The notes under the pieces were generated by a model. The model was not told the DNA's origin and ran no database searches. It was given only the letters and a program-made list of their open reading frames with translations. This document shows, in pieces, positions 1 to 10,295 of a stretch of DNA of 58,026 bases. Source of the DNA: an uncultured Nitrospiraceae bacterium (GTDB taxonomy: Bacteria > Nitrospirota > UBA9217); the NCBI GenBank assembly GCA_964364055.1, contig CAYILT010000002.1, forward strand, positions 1 to 58,026, read 5' to 3'. Position 1 is the stretch's first letter. Each line of letters starts with the position of its first letter. The translations under genes were made by a program, and so were the position numbers.

Positions 1-301
1 CCATGAGCCCAAGATGGTGCATGGACGCCTTCTGGGTAAGCCGCGCGGGAATGGCATCATTTTCAAGGGTGTCGATGTATCCCGGCTTTTGGCCGAAATT
101 GACGGCATCGACCATCAGGACCTTCTCTCTGCCCTCAATGAACGGGATCAGACCGAGTCCGGCAGCCCCGCCATCCACGATCTCCACATGCCCGGGGACC
201 GTGTATCGCCGCTCGAACTCGTTCACTGCGTGCACGCCGACCCCTTCATCGGTCATAAGTATGTTGCCAAGCCCTATGATCGAGACCGTTGGTTCCCGCA
301 T
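1..301 (-). CDS. hybD: [NiFe] hydrogenase maturation endopeptidase (HybD/HynC family), partial; 3' end runs off the window
   Basis: Absent from the ORF track because no stop lies in the window. My translation from the ATG at 301 gives MREPTVSIIGLGNILMTDEGVGVHAVNEFERRYTVPGHVEIVDGGAAGLGLIPFIEGREKVLMVDAVNFG..., a typical protease N-terminus, directly downstream of the large subunit. Confidence 0.8.
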   Translation of the reverse strand, partial: MREPTVSIIGLGNILMTDEGVGVHAVNEFERRYTVPGHVEIVDGGAAGLGLIPFIEGREKVLMVDAVNFGQKPGYIDTLENDAIPARLTQKASMHHLGLM

Positions 302-316
302 TCGTGTCTCCTGGAC

Positions 317-360
317 AAAAAAAAGCCCTCCGCCTCCGAAAGATGGGGCAAGAGGGCTTC
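317..360 (-). terminator. Terminator-like or attenuating hairpin between the large-subunit gene and hybD
   Basis: Minus-strand RNA is GAAGCCCUCUUGCCCCAUCUUUCGGAGGCGGAGGGCUUUUUUUUG: an 8-bp stem AAGCCCUC/GAGGGCUU followed by U8. Confidence 0.5.
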
Positions 361-381
361 ATGCATACTGTTACGGATATA

Positions 382-2082
382 TTACAGGGCCTTCACCGTG
401 ATGATATCTCTCCCTTTCGCGTCGACCATGTGAACGGCGCAGGCCAGACAGGGGTCGAAGGAATGCACGGTCCGGAGGACCTCCAGAGGCTTTTCCGGGT
501 CAGCCAGCGGCGTGCCAATGAGCGATGCTTCATACGGGCCTGGCTGATCGCTGCCGTTCCGCGGCGCCGCATTCCAGGTGGACGGGACGACGCACTGGTA
601 GTTCTTGATCTTCCCGCCGTCAATGACCGCCCAGTGCGACAGGATGCCTCGCGGCGCTTCGTGGAAACCCACGCCCCGTATTTCGCCGCTCGGGAACTTG
701 GGCGCATTGAAGGTCTTTACATCGCCCTTGCCGATGTTGGCGACCAGCGCGTTCCACTGGTTCGTGCACTCATCGTACAGCACCGCGCAGCGGACCGCCC
801 GTGCCCCGATGCGGCCGATGGTCGAGTGCAGCGCTGCCGGCCCGACCTTTGTCTTGGCGATCGCGCTGATGGCGTTCAGCATATCGGTGACATACTTCTT
901 TGTGCCGGCATGACCGGCGGCGTACATGCACAGCACGTTGGCCAGCGGACCAACCTGGGCGGGTTTGCCGTTGAACGTCGGCGCCTTGACCCAGGAATAT
1001 TTTCCATCGTACTGCATGCCCGTGTGATTCGGGTCCGTGGACCCTTCCCAGGGATGCTTGTTCCAGTCGCCCTTGTACCACGAATGTTTTACGCTCTCCT
1101 TAACGCCATTCTTGAAGAACTCGTCCTGGAAGCTCTTGATAGGCTTGAAGGTGCTGAGGTCAGCGTTCTCGATGTATCCGCCCGGAAGAGCGAAGGTCGT
1201 CCCCTTCGTGTCCATGGGCATGTCCGGCGCCGAGAGATAGTTCGTCACGCCGGCGCCGTATTTGGTCCAGTCGGCATACAAGGCCGCCACCGCCGCGACA
1301 TCAACCAGCATGGCGTTCATCACGAAACCGCCGACCTCGTCGATGAGCGTCTTGATGTAGTAGAGCCGCTCCATGTTGAGAGCCGACTGGTTGTCCAGAT
1401 TGATCGGATTCGAAACGCCGCCGACGGCCAGGTTCTGTATGTGGGGCGTTTTTGAGCCCAGGATCGCAACAACCTTGTTGATCCGACGCTGATAATCGAG
1501 TGCCTGCAGATAGTGGTGCGAGGCAAGCAGGTTGACCTCGGGCGAGAGCTTCATTGCCGGGTGGCCCCAGTAGCCGCTGCCGTAGATGCCGAGCTGACCG
1601 GACCCTACGAATGTCTTGAGCCGATCCTGAGACTGTTTAATATCCTGGTAGCTGTTATGCTTCCAGGATGACAGACTTTCGGCGAGCTGTGATGTCTTCC
1701 TGGGATCACCTTTGAGCGCTGATACGATGTCCACCCAGTCAAGCGCGGCAAGGTGATAAAAGTGCACGATGTGGTCATGCACGCCGTGAGCGGCCATGAT
1801 CAGGTTCCTGATATATTGTGCATTCAACGGGATCTCGAGCTGCAGCGCGTTCTCAACCGACCTCACCGAGGTCAGTGCGTGTACGGACGTTCAAACCCCG
1901 CAGATCCGTTGAGTGAAGAGCCAGACCTCCCGGGCATCCCTGCCCTTCACGATGTTCTCGATCCCGCGCCACATCTGGCCCGACGACCAAGCCTTGGTGA
2001 CCTTGCCGCCATCGATCTCGCAGTCTATTCTCAGATGGCCTTCGATCCTTGTTATCGGGTCTATCGTTATCCGTTTAGCCAT
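382..2082 (-). CDS. hybC: [NiFe] hydrogenase large subunit (group 1, Hyb-type operon context) with an in-frame TGA at 1891..1893, a candidate selenocysteine
   Basis: ORFs 1891..2082 (MAKRITIDPITRIEGHLRI...RICGV) and 382..1866 are in the same frame, separated only by the TGA. The joined read is RICGV-[TGA]-TSVHALTSVRSVENAL, which matches the RxCGxCxxxH motif. The C-terminus is DPCLACAVH (all Cys). Confidence 0.9.
1857..1875 (-). promoter_or_regulatory. Candidate bacterial SECIS hairpin
   Basis: mRNA reads UGA + 15 nt + CUGACCUC-GGU-GAGGUCGG: an 8-bp stem (7 Watson-Crick pairs plus 1 G-U) with an apical GGU whose first base lies 24 nt after the UGA. Confidence 0.55.
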
Positions 2083-2116
2083 AAATCCTCCTGTGGATAG
2101 TCATAGTCTCTATCAA

Positions 2117-2308
2117 CCCCGTTGTTGCATATCATGCTGCGTTTATCTGACTTTTATACGTGCCGACATTGTACAAAATACTTTTTTTTCGGAAATCCGC
2201 CGGAGTTCACTTTGAGTTAAATTTTGAATAACTCACATGACATTACCAAATCCCATACTGTGTGCAGCCTGCCGCTCTGCACTCAGGCGGATTTCTGCAA
2301 CAACGGGG
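2117..2308. mobile_element. MITE-like 192-bp element between hybB and the large-subunit gene
   Basis: Perfect 13-bp terminal inverted repeats: CCCCGTTGTTGCA (2117..2129) and TGCAACAACGGGG (2296..2308). Flanked by TCAA (2113..2116) and TCAA (2309..2312). Also an internal 10-bp inverted repeat, GAAATCCGCC (2192..2201) with GGCGGATTTC (2286..2295). Confidence 0.55.
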
Positions 2309-3448
2309 TCAATGCTGTGTTTCCGGGAACAAATCAAGGTACTTCGCACATACCTTGAAACCGAGGATCGCGAAGGCAACCATCGCCGCAGTTACCAGGA
2401 ACTCGATCACCGAGGGGAAATAGTCCGAACCCGCCCTGCTTGCGTATTCGGCGACACCGAAAATGGCCACGTTCAGGCGGTTGAGCAGGACGCCGAGTAT
2501 CACAAGGATGTTGACCGTCAAAATGCTGTTAAGGTCGGTCCTCCGGTCTTTCGAGGAGAGCAGGGCCAGCGGCAGGATCACCCCAATGATCATCTCGAGA
2601 AGCCACATGTTCGCGGCGAGACTGCCGTTGAATGCCGCGCCGATCCCTGCTTTGACCGCCATATCGATGATCTTGAAGATCAGGTAGATGCTGCCCACAA
2701 TGATCGACCCTCGCGCGAGACCAAACAGGACCTCCCGCGGCGCCGCATGCTTGAACGCCCTTGAACTGATGATGGTCTCGAAACTCACCATGTTAAGTCC
2801 CAAGAAGACCGCCGAGAGCAGGAACAGGGTCGGCAGATTGCTGCTGTACCACAACGGTGAAAGCTTGGAAGGGACGATCAGGTAGACAGCCCCGAGCGAT
2901 GACTGGTGGAGCGTGGAGAGAAGGACCCCGAACAGCACGATGGGAACCATGATCTTGTTCACGGTTTTCAGTGCCCGTTTCCACCCGAGTTTCTCGAATA
3001 TCATGGGGCTCGACTCAGTAGCAAGGGTGGACGTATAGAGCACAACGTGAATGGCCACGATGAACATGATGGAATTGATCTGCCACATGAACATCGGATG
3101 CCAGATCCGATAGGGCCGGCCGATGTCCAGGGTGATCGCTGTGGCGGCCAGCAGATAACCAAAGAAGGCGGTCAGGATCGCGGGCCGCACGATGACCTTG
3201 TATTTCTTCCAGTTCAGGATGTAGACCGCACCCGCTATGATGAATCCGCCCGCGGCCATGGCCACTCCGCCCAGAACATCGATGCCGATCCAGAAACCCC
3301 AGGGCCAGAGGTCGTTGAGGTTCGTTGCCGCGCCGAGGCCGAAGAAGATCCGGAATATTACAGCGATCCCGCCGATAACGAGAAGGACCAGGAGCACCTT
3401 GGTGAGTGGGGTCATGATTTTTATTTCGCTGTGATTCGCCATGGTCAT
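2309..3448 (-). CDS. hybB: Integral membrane NrfD/HybB-family hydrogenase subunit
   Basis: 379-aa polytopic membrane protein (…LWPWGFWIGIDVLGGVAMAAGGFIIAG…). Its start overlaps the hybA stop (ATGA). Position matches E. coli hybOABC. Confidence 0.8.
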   Translation of the reverse strand: MTMANHSEIKIMTPLTKVLLVLLVIGGIAVIFRIFFGLGAATNLNDLWPWGFWIGIDVLGGVAMAAGGFIIAGAVYILNWKKYKVIVRPAILTAFFGYLLAATAITLDIGRPYRIWHPMFMWQINSIMFIVAIHVVLYTSTLATESSPMIFEKLGWKRALKTVNKIMVPIVLFGVLLSTLHQSSLGAVYLIVPSKLSPLWYSSNLPTLFLLSAVFLGLNMVSFETIISSRAFKHAAPREVLFGLARGSIIVGSIYLIFKIIDMAVKAGIGAAFNGSLAANMWLLEMIIGVILPLALLSSKDRRTDLNSILTVNILVILGVLLNRLNVAIFGVAEYASRAGSDYFPSVIEFLVTAAMVAFAILGFKVCAKYLDLFPETQH

Positions 3449-4449
3449 TCCTCCTTATCCCCGTCTTTTCTGCGCGTGATCGCCCATGTTGCGGCCCCTC
3501 CCACGAGCACCAGTGCCATGACCGCCGGTATCTTCGATATGTATGCCCACGTAAGGTCGGAAAGATTGGCATCGGTGATATTCTTGTTGAATCCGAGCAG
3601 TTCAAAGGGAACGCCCGCCAGAAGCAGATACTGCGTGCCGCCGGCTTCCTTCAAACCGTACGCATGGTTCACATAGCGCGACACCTTACGGAGATGCTTT
3701 TCCGGCGAATTCACCGTCTGTACGGGAAAAGCATATTCCGATCCGGGTTTCATCGCCAGCCGTCTCTTGGCCTCCTCACGGAGATCGACGACCTTGCCGA
3801 AGATCGAGGCGCCGGTCGGGCAATACTCGCAGCAGGCCGAGTACTTCCCCTCTGCAAAGCGGTGACGGCAGAGCTGGCATTTTCGCACCTGGGGCAGTGC
3901 CCGGTCCCACTCATATCTCGGTATACTGAAGGGGCAGGCCAGCATGCAGTAGCGGCATCCGATGCAGCGGCCCTCGATATAATAGACAACGCCATTGACC
4001 GGATCTTTCTTGAGCGCGCCGACGGGGCAGGTCGAGACGCACGCTGGTGTTATGCAGTGCAGGCAGTGCTGTTTGAGGAACGAATATCCATTTTCAGACG
4101 AATCCTTGTTCACCCCGGTGCCGCTCCGGTACGCTTTGATGATATTAAGCGTCTTTCCGGAAAGGTCATTCGGCGCATCCCAGATCTTCTCCGGCAAAGC
4201 GCTCTCATAGGGCGGGGCCTTCATCTTCGTTGAATAGAGCGCGCCCTCGGGAACACTGTTGTGTATTTTGCAGTTGACCATGCAGGACTTGCAGCCGACG
4301 CAGAGCGTCGCGTCATAAAGGATCCCCACCGCCTCGGGAGGCAGTTCCGTCGGCATCGATGCTGACACCGGGGCCGCTCCCGATGAGAGGAGCAGTCCCC
4401 CGCCTGCGGCGGTGACGGTCTTCAGAAAATGTCTTCTGGTGAGCGTCAT
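3445..4449 (-). CDS. hybA: Tat-exported 4Fe-4S ferredoxin-type hydrogenase electron-transfer subunit (HybA-like)
   Basis: Start reassigned to the ATG at 4449 (MTLTRRHFLKTVTAAGGG, twin-arginine signal). Cys clusters CVGCKSCMVNC, CLHCITPACVSTCP, CIGCRYCMLACP. C-terminal TM helix. Confidence 0.85.
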   Translation of the reverse strand: MTLTRRHFLKTVTAAGGGLLLSSGAAPVSASMPTELPPEAVGILYDATLCVGCKSCMVNCKIHNSVPEGALYSTKMKAPPYESALPEKIWDAPNDLSGKTLNIIKAYRSGTGVNKDSSENGYSFLKQHCLHCITPACVSTCPVGALKKDPVNGVVYYIEGRCIGCRYCMLACPFSIPRYEWDRALPQVRKCQLCRHRFAEGKYSACCEYCPTGASIFGKVVDLREEAKRRLAMKPGSEYAFPVQTVNSPEKHLRKVSRYVNHAYGLKEAGGTQYLLLAGVPFELLGFNKNITDANLSDLTWAYISKIPAVMALVLVGGAATWAITRRKDGDKEE

Positions 4450-4451
4450 GG

Positions 4452-5591
4452 CTACTCCTCCTTTTTCTTGTCCGCGGTATCGTCCTTCTTTCCAAGGCCT
4501 GTCAGCATTGCCGCCCCCGCGGCGCCGACCACAAGGCCCGCAACACCGGCGGCAAGCGCCTTTACGCTGGAAGATGTGCCCGGCTCGCCCGGATAGGCTT
4601 CCGTGAAGAATGTCGGAGGAGTGAGATACGCGGGATTTGACAATGTATGGAGCGGCATGCTGAAACCGACCCCTTTTTCGGTGCATCCGAAGCAGGGGTG
4701 GCCCGTGCCGACCGGCCATGCTCCCGATCCTACGTCATTGAAAAGAATGACCGGACAGTTCGCATGGGTCTCGGGACCTTTGCAGCCGAGCTTATAGAGG
4801 CAGAACCCCTTGCGGTGGCCCTCATCACCAAACCGCAGCGAGAACCTTCCCGCATCAAAATGAGGACGGCGCTCACAGTTTTCATGGATGAGTCGCTCGT
4901 AAGCGAATTTCGGCCTTCCCTTATCATCCAGCGCGGGAAGTTTCTGGAATGTGACGTAATACAGGACCGTCGAAAGAAAATTGTAGGGATTGGGCGGACA
5001 TCCCGGTATGTTCACGACCGGCGTTGCTATCCCCTTGTTCTTCATCACCTCATGCGCCGGCGTTGCACCCGTGGGATTTGGATCTGCCGAAGGTACGCCT
5101 CCCCATGAAGCACATGATCCTATTGCGATGACCGCGGCAGCCTGAGACGACATCTCCTCGAGCAGTGACAGGGCCGTCTTCCCCCCGATCTTGCAATAAA
5201 TGCCGTTGTCCTTGACCGGGATGGATCCGTCTACAACGAGAATGTACTTTCCCTTGTTCTCCTTCATTGCCTTCTCGCGCCAGGCTTCCGCCTGGTGCCC
5301 TGATCCGACAAGCAGCGTTTCATGATATTCGAGGGATATGAGCTCCAGGATCAGCCTGTCGAGGGTCGGGTGGTTCGACCGCAGCAGGGTCTCCGTGCAC
5401 CCGGTACATTCCTGCGCGGAGAGCCAAATGACCGGTGGGCGTTTTGCCGCACCGGTGACCGCCTCGGCTATCTGCTCACCGGCGCCGAGAGGCAGCCCCA
5501 TTCCTGCGGCCACGATACTGCAAAACTTAAGGAACTCCCTGCGTGACACACCAAGATGCTTGCTGACCGATTCGATATCTTTGTTCTTCAT
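4452..5591 (-). CDS. hybO: [NiFe] hydrogenase small subunit, Tat signal
   Basis: SRREFLKF twin-arginine motif, ECTGCTES, GCPPNP, and a C-terminal hydrophobic anchor. Confidence 0.92.
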   Translation of the reverse strand: MKNKDIESVSKHLGVSRREFLKFCSIVAAGMGLPLGAGEQIAEAVTGAAKRPPVIWLSAQECTGCTETLLRSNHPTLDRLILELISLEYHETLLVGSGHQAEAWREKAMKENKGKYILVVDGSIPVKDNGIYCKIGGKTALSLLEEMSSQAAAVIAIGSCASWGGVPSADPNPTGATPAHEVMKNKGIATPVVNIPGCPPNPYNFLSTVLYYVTFQKLPALDDKGRPKFAYERLIHENCERRPHFDAGRFSLRFGDEGHRKGFCLYKLGCKGPETHANCPVILFNDVGSGAWPVGTGHPCFGCTEKGVGFSMPLHTLSNPAYLTPPTFFTEAYPGEPGTSSSVKALAAGVAGLVVGAAGAAMLTGLGKKDDTADKKKEE

Positions 5592-5792
5592 ACTTCCCCC
5601 TCAAAGAAAAGAATATTCAAATATCGTGCAGGCTTATTGAGTGGACAAGATGATGCTGGCGTTACCAGGATCCGGGAGTGAGTAGTTAAGAGAGATCTAA
5701 ACAATTTAAGCAACTATTATATTAATATCAGCACAAATCATGCCATAAACAACTAATTGAATTAACGAAACATGAAAGAGTAATTGAATTAA

Positions 5793-5813
5793 GAATGACA
5801 TATTATGTCATTC
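5793..5813. promoter_or_regulatory. Candidate operator palindrome in the AT-rich region upstream of the hydrogenase operon
   Basis: GAATGACATA-T-TATGTCATTC: perfect 10-bp arms, about 200 bp upstream of the hybO start. Next to direct repeats TAATTGAATTAA at 5754..5765 and 5781..5792. Confidence 0.35.
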
Positions 5814-5885
5814 TGTCGGTAACATTTTGTTACATTTATTAGAATAGTAATTCACTTGTTGCATCACTTATTAACAAGTTACGCG

Positions 5886-6221
5886 TCACTTCTTGAATTT
5901 CTTGAATATGTAATCTGCGACCTTTCGTGCATCCTTGTCGGATATTGACTTCATATCGAATGCCGTCATACCCGGACCGGGTTTTCTCATGATCTTGATG
6001 ACGTCTTCTGCAGTTTTAACATTATTTGCTACGAGGTCTTTTTTCAGGAGAGTTTTCTTAGGACTGATGATATTACCGCCTTCAGGGTGGCACATGGAAC
6101 AGTGCACTTTGAACAATTGTTCCCCTGTATTTTCAGCGGCTTCCATACTATTCATGCCGGTTGAACCAACTACGGCAATTGCTATGAGGAACAGGATTGC
6201 CATCAGGCCACATTTTTTCAT
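5886..6221 (-). CDS. Small class-I c-type cytochrome (c553-like), secreted
   Basis: Start moved to MKKCGLMAILFLIAIAVVG (signal peptide). Single CSMCH haem motif; 111 aa. Confidence 0.8.
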   Translation of the reverse strand: MKKCGLMAILFLIAIAVVGSTGMNSMEAAENTGEQLFKVHCSMCHPEGGNIISPKKTLLKKDLVANNVKTAEDVIKIMRKPGPGMTAFDMKSISDKDARKVADYIFKKFKK

Positions 6222-6412
6222 TTGAAAAGCACCTTTCTTTCGAGAAGTCTGTAATCTGGACTTGCCGTAAGACCATTGGAAAAAAGTATAGCATAAAAAA
6301 AGGCTCGAGACCTCGTGACGTAAACAATTTTCTGATCCGGACGGGCTTGGCAAAAAGGCGAAGGGCGAGGAGCATACGGATACAAGAGCGGCCGAAGGCG
6401 GGAAAAAGGATA

Positions 6413-7279
6413 TTAAACGCGATGCCGGTTTCCAGCCGATGCACGAACGACAAGATATCCGGAGAACAGAATGAGAAAACCGCCACAGATGGCCGTGGGC
6501 GGCGGAAGTTCTGACAAGAAGAGGAACGCAAGCGGCACGGCCGCCAGGGGTTCAATATATCCAAGGATCGCCGCGTGTTGCGCCATGACCTGGCGCAACG
6601 CGCTGAAATACAGCAGCGGCGCAATCGTTGAGTGCACCAGCCCGCCGGTCACCAGGAGGAGGACGGTCCGCATTGTCAGATGATGATCAAAGAGGAAGGC
6701 AGCCGGCGCAGTAACGGCGGCAGTGATCCAGAGCAGCACAACGACCGCCTTATGGTGCATCATCTTCTGGCTGAGCCTCCGGGATACGATGATCAGGAAC
6801 GCATAAGCTACGCCCGACGCGGTCCCGGCGATAATACCCCGCGTATGCTCCTCTCCCAGCTGGAGACCGTCTCCTGCCAGAACGATCAACACCATTCCGG
6901 CGGCCGCCAGAGGAAGCGATATCAGGGTTACCCTTTGGAGACGCTCTGCTATAAGAAACGGTGCAAGTACGGCAACGAAAACCGGCGCCGTATAATGCGT
7001 AAAGACGGCATTCGATACGGTCGTATGAGCAAGGGCATAGAAATAGGTAAGGTTATTGATGATCGAGGAAAAGGCGAGGGCACTGAACAGCGGCCACACA
7101 GCCGACACCCCTCCCAGCGAGAATTCCCCTCTCGCCTTCAGGACGAGCGGTACGGCTACACTTGCGATGAGTGCGGTATAGAACAGGACAACGACGGGAG
7201 GCAGGGAAAGCCACCGTATCATCATCCCCCAGGTGCTCCAGATAAGCATGGCCGCCACTATTTTAAGGTAGTTGTTCAT
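6413..7279 (-). CDS. EamA/DMT-family transporter
   Basis: 288 aa, about 10 TM segments, typical duplicated EamA architecture. Confidence 0.75.
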   Translation of the reverse strand: MNNYLKIVAAMLIWSTWGMMIRWLSLPPVVVLFYTALIASVAVPLVLKARGEFSLGGVSAVWPLFSALAFSSIINNLTYFYALAHTTVSNAVFTHYTAPVFVAVLAPFLIAERLQRVTLISLPLAAAGMVLIVLAGDGLQLGEEHTRGIIAGTASGVAYAFLIIVSRRLSQKMMHHKAVVVLLWITAAVTAPAAFLFDHHLTMRTVLLLVTGGLVHSTIAPLLYFSALRQVMAQHAAILGYIEPLAAVPLAFLFLSELPPPTAICGGFLILFSGYLVVRASAGNRHRV

Positions 7280-7298
7280 AGGATTGTGGTCTCAGAAA

Positions 7299-7352
7299 AG
7301 AAAAAAATGCGGAATGGGAAGCGTGCTCATACGCCATCCTTCATTCCGCATT
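7299..7352 (-). terminator. Rho-independent terminator after ahcY
   Basis: Minus-strand RNA has AAUGCGGAAUG...CCAUUCCGCAUU followed by UUUUUUC. Confidence 0.6.
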
Positions 7353-7378
7353 CAGAGCGATCAACGATCAGATAGTAA

Positions 7379-8644
<1,266 letters not shown>

Positions 8645-8790
8645 TTATGGAATATGGTCTTCACAATATTCAGGGCAGCCACAAAGGGCTGCCCCTGCAA
8701 GTTCATCACGTGTCAATGCGGCCTTATCTTCGGTTCTTACTCCGCACTCGTTCGACAGGCTCACGATGGTGAGCAAAGTCGAACCATCCG

Positions 8791-8810
8791 AATTCCGCAA
8801 TCCGCAATTC
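8791..8810. repeat. Heptamer-type tract (AATCCGC-like), intergenic, abutting the metK stop
   Basis: AATTCCGCAATCCGCAATTC. Confidence 0.5.
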
Positions 8811-9968
<1,158 letters not shown>

Positions 9969-10213
9969 CTGTTCTCCTCCCGGCCTGTGCAACACGTGTG
10001 ATAGGGAAAAAGCCCTGCATTTATAGCACAATCACGGTTTTTGTCAAGAGCAAATTACGCCTTAAGCACAAAATATGGTGGCTCTTTCGGGCCGCACCCC
10101 AACAGGCTTGAACCTGAAGCGATGGGGAGGAGTATGCGGATATAAACATCATGCTCCCAAGACCCTATTGAGCGCCAGTCGGTCCCTATAGCTCATTTCC
10201 AGCGCGAAAACAT

Positions 10214-10241
10214 GAAAAATAAATGCGGCATAACGCCGCAT
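10214..10241 (-). terminator. Rho-independent terminator after the zinc-ribbon gene
   Basis: Minus-strand RNA is AUGCGGCGUUAUGCCGCAU followed by UUAUUUUUC. Confidence 0.6.
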
Positions 10242-10295
10242 GAGGAGGGGATCGATCGACGCACTGTTCTTAAGCGGTACCCGTCACTTCCCTGG

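Noticed and set aside
289-1455. A 388-aa plus-strand ORF
   Set aside because: It is antisense to the hydrogenase large subunit. This is a typical open antisense frame in GC-rich DNA, with no recognisable motifs.
3445-4719. A 424-aa ORF extending the HybA-like protein 90 codons upstream
   Set aside because: The extension overlaps the 3' end of the small-subunit gene in another frame and is Arg/Gly-rich junk. A twin-arginine signal begins at the internal ATG at 4449, 2 nt after the hybO stop.
5850-5885. The hairpin ACTTGTT-12 nt-AACAAGT downstream of the cytochrome c gene as a terminator
   Set aside because: The stem is only 7 bp and AT-rich, and no U-tract follows on the minus strand.
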